Positions 9,229 through 19,559 of a DNA stretch of 64,000 bases are shown here, one piece after another. The first letter of the stretch is position 1, and every line of letters begins with the position of its first letter. Made by a program: the position numbers and the translations under genes. The DNA lies in the NCBI GenBank assembly GCA_051650825.1, contig JBOFRC010000461.1, positions 7,817 through 71,816 on the forward strand, in the 5' to 3' direction. The DNA is from Sarcina sp. (GTDB lineage Bacteria > Bacillota > Clostridia > Clostridiales > Clostridiaceae). The notes below the pieces were generated by a model, which saw only the letters and a program-made list of their open reading frames with translations, made no database searches and had not been told where the DNA came from.

Positions 9229-10359
9229 TTATTTTTTGCCAAGATTATATAATTCCTGATAGGCAGCTAGAGTTTTTTGTGCTGTGTTCTCCCATGTGAA
9301 TAGATTAGCTCTTTCTAAAACTTTTTTTGTTAAAAGATCTAAAGTGTTTTTAGAGTTTAAGATTTGAATTAGCTTAGATTCAAACTCTAAATTGTCATTA
9401 GGATTAAATAGTAGTTCATCTATGCCAACAACCTCAGGAATAGATGTTGTTCTAGCAGATAATGCAGGAGTTCCACATGTCATTGCTTCAAGTGGTGGAA
9501 GTCCAAAGCCTTCATAAAATGATGGATATACAAGTAAACTACAAGCAGAGTATAGCGTTGGGAGATAATCTTCCTCTATAAAGCCAGTAAAAATGATTTT
9601 ATCTTTATGTTTCAATGTCTGACTAAAAGTTTCTAGTTTTTTTCCTTCTTCTCTAAGCCCACCTACAATTAGTAGTTTAGTAGGTGTAGTTAAGTTATCA
9701 CAAATTTTATTAAATGATTTTATTAAACCTAAAACATTTTTTCTAGTGCTAAAGCCACCTATATACATAATATAGTTGCAATCAAAATTGAATCTTGTTT
9801 GTACTAATTTTAAAGTTTCTTTTTTATCTTGGACTTTAAATGTTTCGTTTGCAGCAAGGGGTGTTACAAATATTCGATTGCTAGGAAAGCTTGGAAAAAA
9901 TTTGAGTATATCTAATTTTGAATATTCAGATACTGTAATAATGCCATCACAAGATTCAATTATTGTTGGTACTTTTTGCAAAAAGTTTTTAAGATAACTA
10001 GGACCTGTTGTTTCAGGTAATACATATGGTATTAAATCATGGATAGTAGCAATATTTAATGTATTTGGATTATTGGTGAGTCCAATTCCATTTTGAGGAA
10101 CATGGAAAATATCAATGTTATTTTTATTAGCGTAATAAGGCATATAGTGTTCTTCAAAAAACTTTTTATGTTTTTTAGATGACATTATTATTTTAGAGTT
10201 TTTTGCATTGTAATCTTTATAACTATCACCGCAGCAAAATAAATTATATTCATTTGTTGAGTCAGTTTTAAGGAGTTTATTTAATAAGTTATGAGTATAT
10301 GTTCCAATTCCTGTACCACGATAAAGATTTGCCCCTCTTGAGTCAATAAGTATTTTCAT
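9229..10359 (-). CDS. GT4 glycosyltransferase, spore-coat CotSA-like
   Basis: YPSFYEGFGLPPLEAMTCG; start placed at MKILID (ATG 10359). Confidence 0.92.
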   Translation of the reverse strand: MKILIDSRGANLYRGTGIGTYTHNLLNKLLKTDSTNEYNLFCCGDSYKDYNAKNSKIIMSSKKHKKFFEEHYMPYYANKNNIDIFHVPQNGIGLTNNPNTLNIATIHDLIPYVLPETTGPSYLKNFLQKVPTIIESCDGIITVSEYSKLDILKFFPSFPSNRIFVTPLAANETFKVQDKKETLKLVQTRFNFDCNYIMYIGGFSTRKNVLGLIKSFNKICDNLTTPTKLLIVGGLREEGKKLETFSQTLKHKDKIIFTGFIEEDYLPTLYSACSLLVYPSFYEGFGLPPLEAMTCGTPALSARTTSIPEVVGIDELLFNPNDNLEFESKLIQILNSKNTLDLLTKKVLERANLFTWENTAQKTLAAYQELYNLGKK

Positions 10360-10428
10360 AAGATACAATCACTTCCAATCTTACTTATAATATAAATAAT
10401 ATTATTTATAGTTGAGAAGTGTGAAAGT

Positions 10429-10456
10429 AACAAGGGATAAAATTAACACATATACT
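10429..10456 (+). promoter_or_regulatory. Putative SigK-type promoter of the cotS cluster
   Basis: AACA-N16-CATATACT fits AC-N16-CATANNNT. Confidence 0.5.
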
Positions 10457-10485
10457 GTAATAAATAGTTTTTAGGGGGCTTCCTA

Positions 10486-11493
10486 GTGGATTTAGATAAA
10501 ATTAAAAAAATCGTAGAAGAAATGTATGAAATAAAGATAGAAAAGCTTACTAAAAAGAAGAATGTATATAGAGTGGAAAGTCAAAATAAAATCTATTGTC
10601 TAAAAGTTATAAAATATGGTTTAGGACATTTTAAATTTATAGTTTCAGCTATAAGACATTTGCAAAAGAATGGTTTTGTAGATACTCCTAGGTTATTTAA
10701 TACACTAGATGGGGAAATTTATATACAATTGGAAAATTCATATGCATATCTAACTGAATGGCTAGATGTTAGAGAAGCTGATTATACAAATATGCTAGAT
10801 GTAAGTAAAACAGCTATATTAGTTTCAAAATTACATAGTTGCAGTAAGGGTTTTACTTTTGATATTGAGTGTAATCCAAGGATATATTGGGGACAGTGGA
10901 TAAACAATTTTGAGGCTAGAATTGAGCAGATGGAAGATTTTAAATTTAGAATGGAAAGAAAGATGTATAAGTCAGAATTTGATGAAATTTACAATACGTT
11001 TGTTGATCAAGAAATTATAAGAGGTAAGGATGCTATAAAAATTTTAGAAAATAGCAATTATTCTGAGTACATGAACAAACAAAGTAATACTCTTACTTTT
11101 TGCCATCATGATTTAGCTCATCATAATATACTCGTTGATAAAGAGTACAATTTGAAAATAATTGATTTTGATTATTGTATATTAGATTCATATTTGCATG
11201 ATTTAGCTAGTTTGTGTATGAGAGTAATGAGAAATGGAAGTTGGAGTATAGAGCTTTTTGATATGATAGTTGAAAGTTATTTTGATGGAAAAAGAGGTTT
11301 AACAAAGGATGAAGTAAAGTTTATAATTGGTTTTTTAAAGTTTCCACAAGATTTTTGGCAAGTAGGTTTGCAGTATTATTGGGAGCAACTTCCTTGGAGT
11401 GCTGAAAGATTTTTAGGGAGATTAAATAATTATTTACTTGATATAGATTGTAGAACTAAGTTCATAGAAAAACTATATGAAAGGAGTTTATAA
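10486..11493 (+). CDS. cotS: CotS-family spore coat protein (bacterial spore kinase fold)
   Basis: FCHHDLAHHN and IIDFDYC motifs. Confidence 0.9.
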   Translation: MDLDKIKKIVEEMYEIKIEKLTKKKNVYRVESQNKIYCLKVIKYGLGHFKFIVSAIRHLQKNGFVDTPRLFNTLDGEIYIQLENSYAYLTEWLDVREADYTNMLDVSKTAILVSKLHSCSKGFTFDIECNPRIYWGQWINNFEARIEQMEDFKFRMERKMYKSEFDEIYNTFVDQEIIRGKDAIKILENSNYSEYMNKQSNTLTFCHHDLAHHNILVDKEYNLKIIDFDYCILDSYLHDLASLCMRVMRNGSWSIELFDMIVESYFDGKRGLTKDEVKFIIGFLKFPQDFWQVGLQYYWEQLPWSAERFLGRLNNYLLDIDCRTKFIEKLYERSL

Positions 11494-11499
11494 TTTCGT

Positions 11500-12180
11500 A
11501 TGAAAAGAGAAGACCTTTTAAAAAAGTTTTTAGAGAGCAAGGGAATATATTCTACGGATAAACAAGATATTTATAAGAATTTTGATGTGAATGAAAGTAT
11601 AGTTTGTTTAAATATTTTTCATGAGAAAACGATGAATAATAGGAATTATAGTATGGGACTGATAAATGAAGCGGGAAAATTAAGAACAGAGGAAAAAATA
11701 CTATTGCAAAGAATAAAGGGTTTACAATTAGAAGTTGATATAGATTTTAGGGATATAATATCTTTTGGAGAAGAGCAGATAAATAGGGTTAAGGATGTAG
11801 AATTTTTAAAGCTTATTGATAGATGTTATAAAAATTCAGAAATAGTTTTAGGAAAGGTGCATCAAAATATTTGTTTGAAAGATAGTAACGTATATATTGC
11901 TGATACATCTAGAATTAGATTTGGTATGAGAGAGGATGATATAGTAAAGTCGCTAAAAAAAGTAGTCAAAAAATTTGATGAAGAAAAAGTTTTAAAGTTT
12001 ATAGAGAATTTATTAGATGAATTGAATTTTGAAACTATAAGTAAAGAATATATAAAATCAACATTATCATTTCAGTTAAATATGCCAAAATTATTAGGGG
12101 AGTTATATGTAAAGAACATACAAGATAAAGATACTATATATGAAGTAGTAAAAAGTTTTAATAAAATAACTAATTTTTAG
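11500..12180 (+). CDS. Degenerate CotS-like spore coat protein
   Basis: Lies between cotS paralogues; residual kinase-like segment IADTSRIRFGMREDD; HxD motif absent. Confidence 0.6.
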   Translation: MKREDLLKKFLESKGIYSTDKQDIYKNFDVNESIVCLNIFHEKTMNNRNYSMGLINEAGKLRTEEKILLQRIKGLQLEVDIDFRDIISFGEEQINRVKDVEFLKLIDRCYKNSEIVLGKVHQNICLKDSNVYIADTSRIRFGMREDDIVKSLKKVVKKFDEEKVLKFIENLLDELNFETISKEYIKSTLSFQLNMPKLLGELYVKNIQDKDTIYEVVKSFNKITNF

Positions 12181-12192
12181 GGAGGAAGTTTT

Positions 12193-13215
12193 ATGGCAAA
12201 AATTAAATATAGAGATGCTAAATATCTTTGTAGATATGATTTAGATATAGAATTTTTTAATGAGTTAAATTTGCATATAAAAGATTTATGGCCCACAAGA
12301 AATATTTTTATGCTAGATTGTGAAGAGGGGAAAAAAATTCTTAAAATAGTTAAGTATAATGAGCATAAGTTAAGTTTTATTGTTGATATATTAGAGCATT
12401 TAAAAATAAAGTATGCGAATGTTTTAAGCGTTAATAAATTGGAAAGTGGAAGCTATATATATGAACATAAAGGTGAAAAGTATATTCTTTTAGATTTAAT
12501 TGAAGGCGTAGAATGTAATCTTTATAATCCTATTGATATTAAGAATGTTTCAAATGCTATTGCAAAGTTGCATAAGGCAGGAGAAAATGCAGCTGAAATA
12601 TTTAAAGAAAAGTATGAGAAGGAATTTACTGTTGGTTCGCTAAAAAATACATTTAAAACAGGAAAGGATATTCTAGAGCAGTGCAAAAAATTAGCTGAGG
12701 TTAAATTATATAAAAATGAGTTTGATAAGATTTTTTTAGAACATTTAGATTATAATTTTAAGCTAATTGAAAAGGCAAAGGAACTTTTAGAGAAGAGTAA
12801 CTATGATGAATTATGTAAGACTAAGAAATATATTACAGTATGCCATAATGATTTAGCTTATCATAATCTACTACTCAATGAACATGGTGTCTATTTTATA
12901 GATTTTGATTATGCTAGTATAGATTTAAGAGTTTTAGATGTTTATAATTTTATCTTTAAGACACTTAAAAAGCATGCGTTTAATAAGGAGATATATGATA
13001 ATATTTTGAGTGAATATACATCAATTACAACATTAGATAGTGATGAAATAGATATTTTAAAGCTTTTGTTAATGTATCCTAGTGACTTTATAAGTATAAG
13101 TAAAAATTACTATTTTGCACTTAAGGACTGGAGTTATGATAGTTACTTGAATAAGCTTGAAACAAAAGTATTATGCATTAAAGAGAAAGAAGCTTTTTTA
13201 AAGCAAATATTGTAG
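12193..13215 (+). CDS. cotS: CotS-family spore coat protein
   Basis: VCHNDLAYHN and FIDFDYA motifs. Confidence 0.9.
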   Translation: MAKIKYRDAKYLCRYDLDIEFFNELNLHIKDLWPTRNIFMLDCEEGKKILKIVKYNEHKLSFIVDILEHLKIKYANVLSVNKLESGSYIYEHKGEKYILLDLIEGVECNLYNPIDIKNVSNAIAKLHKAGENAAEIFKEKYEKEFTVGSLKNTFKTGKDILEQCKKLAEVKLYKNEFDKIFLEHLDYNFKLIEKAKELLEKSNYDELCKTKKYITVCHNDLAYHNLLLNEHGVYFIDFDYASIDLRVLDVYNFIFKTLKKHAFNKEIYDNILSEYTSITTLDSDEIDILKLLLMYPSDFISISKNYYFALKDWSYDSYLNKLETKVLCIKEKEAFLKQIL

Positions 13216-13239
13216 TATTAAAATTTTAATAGAAATTTT

Positions 13240-13276
13240 AGGCTTTAGAAAATAGTATGTTCTAAAGTCTTTTTTA
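13240..13276 (+). terminator. Intrinsic terminator after the cotS cluster
   Basis: AGGCTTTAGAA/TTCTAAAGTCT stem plus T6. Confidence 0.7.
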
Positions 13277-13519
13277 TATATTTGCCATTGAAAGATGTGG
13301 TTTTAATAACCTTAAAAATTATTTATTTTAAATCTTTTAAGAGTTTTATATTATTTAATAATATTGTAATAAATACCATATTATTACATGTTAGAATTGT
13401 AACTATGAATTAGAAATATAGCTAATTTAGAAAAATAAAATTTTATAAAGTTTGGGATTTAAGAAATTGCAAATCTGAATTAGTGTAGTTATTTTTTTAT
13501 TATAAAATTTATTGGGGGA

Positions 13520-14251
13520 ATGAATTTGTTAGAAGTAAAAAATATTAGCAAAACATATGGGATGACAAAAGTTGTACTTGATAATATAAATTTTAATTTA
13601 AAAGAAGGTACTATTTGTGGCCTAATAGGGCATAATGGTGCTGGGAAAACAACTCTTTTAAAAATTATTATGCAGATTTTAACTCAAAGCAGAGGTCAGA
13701 TATATATAGATGGAGAGTTGTTTGATAAGAAAAATTTAAATCTTAAAAGAAAAATAACATATTTACCTGATAAGCCATTGATGCTACTAGAACTTACAGG
13801 GCGTGAATATTTAGAGTTTATTGCTAGTCTATATAAAGTAGATGAAACTTTAAGTAAAGAGATGATAGAGAATTTTGCTGATAATTTTAATTTAAAAGAA
13901 AAACTTGAATATAAGCTTCAAGATTATTCACACGGAATGAGAAAACTAATAATGATAATAGGTGCTTTTATCAGCAGTGCAAGAATTTTAATATTAGATG
14001 AACCATTAACAGGTCTTGATCCAGATGCTGTATATAAAGTGAAAAATATGCTAAAAGAATATGTTAAAAAAGGGTATATAATTTTATTTTCAACACATTT
14101 GTTAGATGTTGCAAAGGATATATGCAATAAATTTATATTTATGAAAAATGGAAAGATTAAATTAGTTGGAGATTTAGAGTATGTAAAACTTAAATATGAT
14201 GAGAATAAGAGTTTAGAAGAAGTTTTTATGGAGATTATGAAGGATGAATAA
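13520..14251 (+). CDS. ABC exporter ATP-binding subunit
   Basis: Walker A GHNGAGKTT, signature YSHGM, Walker B ILILDEP, H-loop STH. Confidence 0.95.
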   Translation: MNLLEVKNISKTYGMTKVVLDNINFNLKEGTICGLIGHNGAGKTTLLKIIMQILTQSRGQIYIDGELFDKKNLNLKRKITYLPDKPLMLLELTGREYLEFIASLYKVDETLSKEMIENFADNFNLKEKLEYKLQDYSHGMRKLIMIIGAFISSARILILDEPLTGLDPDAVYKVKNMLKEYVKKGYIILFSTHLLDVAKDICNKFIFMKNGKIKLVGDLEYVKLKYDENKSLEEVFMEIMKDE

Positions 14252-15500
14252 ACCATATAGCTTAAGTAATTTATTAATAAAAAATTATCTTAAGAAGTTA
14301 AATTATAAAAGAAATATTTTAAATACTCTAAGTATTTCCATTTTTTTATCAATGTTAATAATTTTTTTTAGAATTAATGTTAGCTTTTCTTTTTTATTAG
14401 TAACTCAGGCTACTGTATTTTTAATGATATATTTTAAAAAAGTTTTGTCTGACTTTTTTACGTTTGAGGAATATGAAATATATCTTGGATTTCCTATAAG
14501 GAGAAAAGAAATACTTTTAGCTAAGTTTAGACGTTTAAATTTGTGCGTTAATATAGAAACAAGTTACATTTTATTGTTAGGACTTTTCTTTGGCTTTTTA
14601 GAAGATAAGGGATTAATGTTTTATAGTTGTATTGTGTTTAGTTATTTTTTAGTTAATTATGTTTTGATGATTTTTAGTTTTTTTCTAGGTTGGATATTTT
14701 ATATAATAAAATTTTCGATAGAGACAAAAAGTGTTATAGTTGATTATTTTACTCTTATAGAAAATATAGATAAAAAATCAAAGAAGTATAAAAATATAAA
14801 GTTATTTAAAGTTAAAAGTATTTTATGGAAAATTGTAGAGTGGGATATTAAAAAAGTTTTAAGGAATAAAATTTTAATAAAGATAAATTTCTTTACTATG
14901 ATTTTATTGTCGATAGCTTATGTTATTTTTTTATCATTTATACTTAGTATAAATGATAAGATACCACCTAATGGTATTTTTGGATGTATACTTATAATGT
15001 TAGTAACAGCAGTTATTGCGAGTTCTATAGCCTTGTTAGGCTTTTCAAGAAGTGGAATAGATCATGATTTTGTATTGATGATGCCCGTTGCAGAAAAAAC
15101 TTATGTGACTGCTAAAATAATAGCTAGTATTATTTTGAGTATTCCTTGTATATTGATTTTTGGGATATTTATAATAATGTTAAATTGGGGTTTTATTTAT
15201 ACAGCTTTAAGTGTTGTACTATTTATTTTAGCGACAATTTCTTTTACTATTTACGGATTATTTGAAGATAAAAGAGAAGTGAATTTATATTGGATTACAG
15301 CAAGTGACTTAAGTGAAGGAAATATGTATTATAATAAATTGTTTAGAGGTCTTGGGCTTATTACAGTTGTTTTAGGGCCAACATATATAATTCCTATATT
15401 TTTAAGTAAGATGAGTTTTATAATAATACTTATAATAGATTTAATATTATTAGTTACTTTAGGTAGTATAAGCTATAAAAAACTAATGAAGTTAATTTAA
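14244..15500 (+). CDS. ABC-2-type permease-like membrane protein
   Basis: Multi-TM, overlaps the ATPase stop codon, contains two xxAKF/AKI repeat halves. Confidence 0.75.
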   Translation: MNKPYSLSNLLIKNYLKKLNYKRNILNTLSISIFLSMLIIFFRINVSFSFLLVTQATVFLMIYFKKVLSDFFTFEEYEIYLGFPIRRKEILLAKFRRLNLCVNIETSYILLLGLFFGFLEDKGLMFYSCIVFSYFLVNYVLMIFSFFLGWIFYIIKFSIETKSVIVDYFTLIENIDKKSKKYKNIKLFKVKSILWKIVEWDIKKVLRNKILIKINFFTMILLSIAYVIFLSFILSINDKIPPNGIFGCILIMLVTAVIASSIALLGFSRSGIDHDFVLMMPVAEKTYVTAKIIASIILSIPCILIFGIFIIMLNWGFIYTALSVVLFILATISFTIYGLFEDKREVNLYWITASDLSEGNMYYNKLFRGLGLITVVLGPTYIIPIFLSKMSFIIILIIDLILLVTLGSISYKKLMKLI

Positions 15501-15535
15501 AGATTGTAGTTTATATAGATGGATTTTATTGATAT

Positions 15536-15591
15536 AAAAAAAAGATAGCTTAGATTATAGTTTTTTAACTTTTTCTAAGCTATCCTTTTTT
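15536..15591. terminator. Bidirectional terminator between permease and GT4
   Basis: GATAGCTTAGA/TCTAAGCTATC with A and T flanks. Confidence 0.75.
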
Positions 15592-15637
15592 ATAAAAATA
15601 ATTATTCTATTGAAATATTTCATATTTTACCATAAAA

Positions 15638-16753
15638 TTACATTATATGATAAAAAGCATCAAGAGTTGTTTTAGCTGTATTTTTCCAGTCAAATTTATT
15701 GCTATGAAGAAGGCTCTTTTCGATAAGATTATTTTCTAAAAGTGGATTTGAAAATATTTCTTTTATCGAAGAAGCTAGGGCTATTTCATCATATGGATTT
15801 ATAAGTAGTGCTGCATCTTCAAGAACTTCAGGAATAGAAGTAAGATTTGATGCTATTACCGGAGTACCACAAGCCATTGCTTCTAATGGAGGGAGACCAA
15901 AACCTTCATAGAATGAAGGATATACTACAACTTTAGCTAAATTATAGAAAATAGGCATATGTTCATTTTTTATGAATCCTGGAAAAATAACATCATTTTC
16001 AAGACCTAGTTCATTAACTCTATTTTGATAGGTGTTATATGAGATACCTTTTTGCCCAATGATAATAAGCTTAGTATTTTTAGGTAAGGAATGCTTAGCT
16101 AGTTCAAAAGAATTTATTAGTCCTAAAATGTTTTTTCTTGGGCTAAAACCACCTACATATAGAATATAGTTAGGGTCAAGGTTATAATATTCCTTTAAAA
16201 TTTTAGTACACAAATTTTCATTTAAAACTTTATATTGCTTTTCAGCAGCTAGATGTGTTACAAAAATTTTTTCTAAAGGATAATTAAGAGTTTGATGTAT
16301 ATCATTTTTAGAGTAATTAGAAACGGTTATTATGCCATTTGTATTTGCTAAAATTTTAGAGATTTCCTTATTAAAAATTTTGAGATAAGTATTACTTACA
16401 GTTTCAGGCATTTTTAAAGGAATAATATCATGTAGAGTAATACACTGAGGAAAGTCTACATTTTCTAATATTCCAATACCGTTTTGGGGCGTGTGATATA
16501 AGTTAGTATCATTAAGTAGGTTTAATGGCTCCTTTATATTTTCCCAAAAGTTATTTTCTTTAAATTTATTTGAATACAGTAGAGAAAAATTTTCTTTTAA
16601 GTTTAAATCTAAAGATGAATTTTCAGAAATATAAATATTATATTTATTTTCTGTATCAATTAAGTTTATGTTATTTAATAGTTGATAGGTATAGTTACCA
16701 ATTCCAGTGCCACGATAAATATTGGCAGCTCGACAATCTATTGATATATTCAT
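15638..16753 (-). CDS. GT4 glycosyltransferase, spore-coat CotSA-like (paralogue of 9229-10359)
   Basis: YPSFYEGFGLPPLEAMACG; same N-terminal YRGTGIGxY motif. Confidence 0.92.
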   Translation of the reverse strand: MNISIDCRAANIYRGTGIGNYTYQLLNNINLIDTENKYNIYISENSSLDLNLKENFSLLYSNKFKENNFWENIKEPLNLLNDTNLYHTPQNGIGILENVDFPQCITLHDIIPLKMPETVSNTYLKIFNKEISKILANTNGIITVSNYSKNDIHQTLNYPLEKIFVTHLAAEKQYKVLNENLCTKILKEYYNLDPNYILYVGGFSPRKNILGLINSFELAKHSLPKNTKLIIIGQKGISYNTYQNRVNELGLENDVIFPGFIKNEHMPIFYNLAKVVVYPSFYEGFGLPPLEAMACGTPVIASNLTSIPEVLEDAALLINPYDEIALASSIKEIFSNPLLENNLIEKSLLHSNKFDWKNTAKTTLDAFYHIM

Positions 16754-16860
16754 AATAAATCCTTTCGCTATAGCTATTAATTTATTATATTATTAAAAGT
16801 TAAATTTGGTTAATAAATAAAGTTTTATTAACATATAAATATATAGGGGGTGAATAATTT

Positions 16861-17865
16861 ATGATGAGGGAATTTGAAATAGAAAGACAATTTGACATAA
16901 AAATTGAGCAGATAAAGCCAAGCAAGGGCGTATATTACCTTAAAACTAATAAAGGTGATAGATGTTTAAAACGGATTAATTATGGAACACAAAAATTATT
17001 ATTTGTCTATGGAGCAAAGGAGCATTTAATTAAAAATGGATTTGAAAACATAGATAGATATTATTTAAATATAGATGGAGAACCTTTTGCACTTGTAAAT
17101 GAAGATTTATATACATTATCTGAGTGGATTGATGGCAAAGAGTGTGACTTCCATAATATTGATGATGTAAAACTTGCTGCTGAAAATTTAGCTAAGTTAC
17201 ATGATGCAAGTAAGGGATATGATCCACCAGAAAATTCAAAGCTTAAAACTGATATAGGTAGATGGCCAGCACTTATGGATAAAAGAATTAAGGCTTTAGC
17301 AAAAATGAGAGACATGGCTAGAAAGAAAAATGTAAAGCAAAACTTTGATTTATCTTATATTAAAAGTGTGGATTTTTATAGAGATTTAGCAATAAAGGCT
17401 TTAACTATTCTAAAAAAATCACAATATAATGCAATTTGCGAACTTAGTGAAGAACAAAAAGTATTTTGCCATCATGATTTTACGTATCACAATATAATAA
17501 TTACTGAGAATGGTGAGCTAAACGTTTTAGATTTTGATTATTGCAAAAGAGAGATAAGGTCGTTTGATATAGCTAATTTCATGATTAAAGTGTTAAAGAA
17601 AGTAGATTGGAATATGGAATATGCTAAAGCAATATTAGAAAGCTATAGTTCAGTATCTCCTATAGAGTCAAGAGAGTATAATGTTATATTAGCATTTTTA
17701 CTTTTCCCACAACGTTATTGGCGCCTTGCTAATAGATATTACTATAATGAAGTTACATGGGGAGCAAATACATTTTCAAAGAAAATACAAAATATAATAA
17801 ATGAAAGAGAAAATTATATAAGTTTTATAGACGCCTTTAAAAAGGAATATGATTTAGGTGAATAA
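16861..17865 (+). CDS. cotS: CotS-family spore coat protein
   Basis: FCHHDFTYHN and VLDFDYC motifs. Confidence 0.92.
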   Translation: MMREFEIERQFDIKIEQIKPSKGVYYLKTNKGDRCLKRINYGTQKLLFVYGAKEHLIKNGFENIDRYYLNIDGEPFALVNEDLYTLSEWIDGKECDFHNIDDVKLAAENLAKLHDASKGYDPPENSKLKTDIGRWPALMDKRIKALAKMRDMARKKNVKQNFDLSYIKSVDFYRDLAIKALTILKKSQYNAICELSEEQKVFCHHDFTYHNIIITENGELNVLDFDYCKREIRSFDIANFMIKVLKKVDWNMEYAKAILESYSSVSPIESREYNVILAFLLFPQRYWRLANRYYYNEVTWGANTFSKKIQNIINERENYISFIDAFKKEYDLGE

Positions 17866-17935
17866 ATATAAAACTTAATTAAATTAGTTTATTTAAATAT
17901 ATTCTATGCTAGATTGCATTGTTGATTTAGCACTT

Positions 17936-17969
17936 AAAAAAGTATGGATTTAACATTCCATACTTTTTA
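17936..17969 (+). terminator. Intrinsic terminator after cotS
   Basis: AAAAAAGTATGGA/TCCATACTTTTT. Confidence 0.7.
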
Positions 17970-18088
17970 TTAATTTGCGTGCAGTTTCAATTCCTAGTTC
18001 AAAGTTATTTTTCATTTTTAGAAATTCTATTAATAAGTTTAATGTTATTAGAGGTATAAATAAAGCAATTAAAGATAATTATTTTTTT

Positions 18089-18115
18089 AACAAAAAAAGA
18101 GTTTTTGCATATTAT
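18089..18115 (+). promoter_or_regulatory. Putative SigK-type promoter of yabG
   Basis: AACA-N15-CATATTAT; yabG is SigK-dependent in B. subtilis. Confidence 0.5.
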
Positions 18116-18146
18116 GATAAATATAACATAAAGGAGCGCTATTCTT

Positions 18147-19031
18147 ATGAACATAGGGGATCAAGTTGTACGAAAATCATATGGTAAAGATGTTATTTTT
18201 AAAGTAATAGATATTAAAGAAGATGGGGAGAAGAAATCTTATGTATTAAAAGGAGCAAACATAAGGATATTAGCAGACGCAACTGAAGAAGATTTAGAAA
18301 TTGTTGATGATGATTTTGAAGCTGATACAGATAAATTATTTAATACTAGGGTAAATAAAGTAATTAAAGAAGTTGTTGATAAAAGAAGGACAACTAATCT
18401 CATGCCCAGTACTAAAAGAACTAAAAGCAAATCAGAAAAAATAGTTAAAGATAATGCACTTGTATTTAGTAGACCAGGGAGGATACTCCATATAGATGGA
18501 GATAATGAATATTTAGAAAATTGCCTAAAAGTATATAAACAACTTAAACTTGAAGCGCAAGGAATTGCAATAAGTGAAAAAGATCAGCCAAGTAAAATTT
18601 TAGAAGTAGTTAAAACTTATAAACCAGATATAGTTGTTTTGACAGGTCATGATGGTTTGTTTAAAAATAAGGCAGATTATTTAGATGAGACTAGTTATAG
18701 AAATTCAAAGTATTTTATTGAGGCAGTAAAAATTTTAAGAGAGTATAATTCAAGCTATGATGAATTAGTTATTTTTGCAGGAGCTTGCCAGTCATTTTAT
18801 GAGGGGATTTTAGATGCAGGAGCTAATTTTGCAAGTTCGCCAAGTAGGGTACTTATACACTGCTTAGATCCTGTTTTTGTTTGTGAAAAAATAGCCTATA
18901 CAAGTATTGATAAGGTCGTCGCTATAACGGAAGTAATAGAAAATACTATTACTGGAATAAGTGGTGTAGGAGGACTACAAACAAGAGGTAAATATAGAGA
19001 AGGTTATCCAAAATCAAAATATATATTGTGA
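18147..19031 (+). CDS. yabG: Sporulation-specific protease YabG
   Basis: VVRKSYGKD, LHIDGD, LTGHD and FAGACQS motifs. Confidence 0.95.
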   Translation: MNIGDQVVRKSYGKDVIFKVIDIKEDGEKKSYVLKGANIRILADATEEDLEIVDDDFEADTDKLFNTRVNKVIKEVVDKRRTTNLMPSTKRTKSKSEKIVKDNALVFSRPGRILHIDGDNEYLENCLKVYKQLKLEAQGIAISEKDQPSKILEVVKTYKPDIVVLTGHDGLFKNKADYLDETSYRNSKYFIEAVKILREYNSSYDELVIFAGACQSFYEGILDAGANFASSPSRVLIHCLDPVFVCEKIAYTSIDKVVAITEVIENTITGISGVGGLQTRGKYREGYPKSKYIL

Positions 19032-19141
19032 AATGATTATTTTTATGAATAAAAAAAAGAAATATGTCAATAATAAATTAGAATCTCTAAAAAATATATA
19101 TTGACAAAATTATTGTTTTGATGATAAAATATTTTGTTTAT

Positions 19142-19170
19142 TTGACATCCAAAGTTTTACAGTATATACT
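19142..19170 (+). promoter_or_regulatory. SigA promoter of veg
   Basis: TTGACA-N17-TATACT. Confidence 0.8.
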
Positions 19171-19193
19171 AAAATAAGAAAGAGGGTGTTAGG

Positions 19194-19430
19194 ATGAAAA
19201 AAAATAGAACTGTATCAGCTATAAAAAAAGCCCTAGAAGCGCATGTAGGGGATAGAGTGATGTTAAAAGCTAACGGTGGCAGAAAAAGAGTTTTAGTGAA
19301 TGAAGGTATACTAGAGAGTGTTTATTCAAGTATTTTTGTAGTTAGACTACAAAAAGACACCCAAAGGACTGTGACATATAGTTATTCAGACGTACTTACT
19401 AATACAGTACAGTTAGATTTTGAACGTTAA
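19194..19430 (+). CDS. veg: Veg family protein
   Basis: LKANGGRK and YSYSDVLT motifs; position after yabG. Confidence 0.93.
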   Translation: MKKNRTVSAIKKALEAHVGDRVMLKANGGRKRVLVNEGILESVYSSIFVVRLQKDTQRTVTYSYSDVLTNTVQLDFER

Positions 19431-19439
19431 TAGGATTGT

Positions 19440-19466
19440 AAAAAGGCTCCAGCGAGGAGTTTTTTT
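19440..19466 (+). terminator. Intrinsic terminator of veg
   Basis: AAAAAGGCTCC-AGCGA-GGAGTTTTTTT. Confidence 0.75.
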
Positions 19467-19471
19467 ATTGT

Positions 19472-19559
19472 AAAAAAAAGAAAGATGGTGGGTTTCCATC
19501 TTTCAACTATGGTATAAAAGGGTATTGAGAATTTATGAGAGGTTATATGGTCAATAACC
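19472..19559 (-). ncRNA. Candidate ~90-nt small RNA
   Basis: Minus-strand TTGACA(19594-89)-N17-TATTAT(19571-66) promoter; terminator GAAAGATGG/CCATCTTTC plus T8; no minus-strand ORF. Confidence 0.6.

Noticed and set aside
17975-18187. 70-aa plus-strand ORF before yabG
   Set aside because: No SD, overlaps the yabG promoter and start, low-complexity AT-rich sequence.
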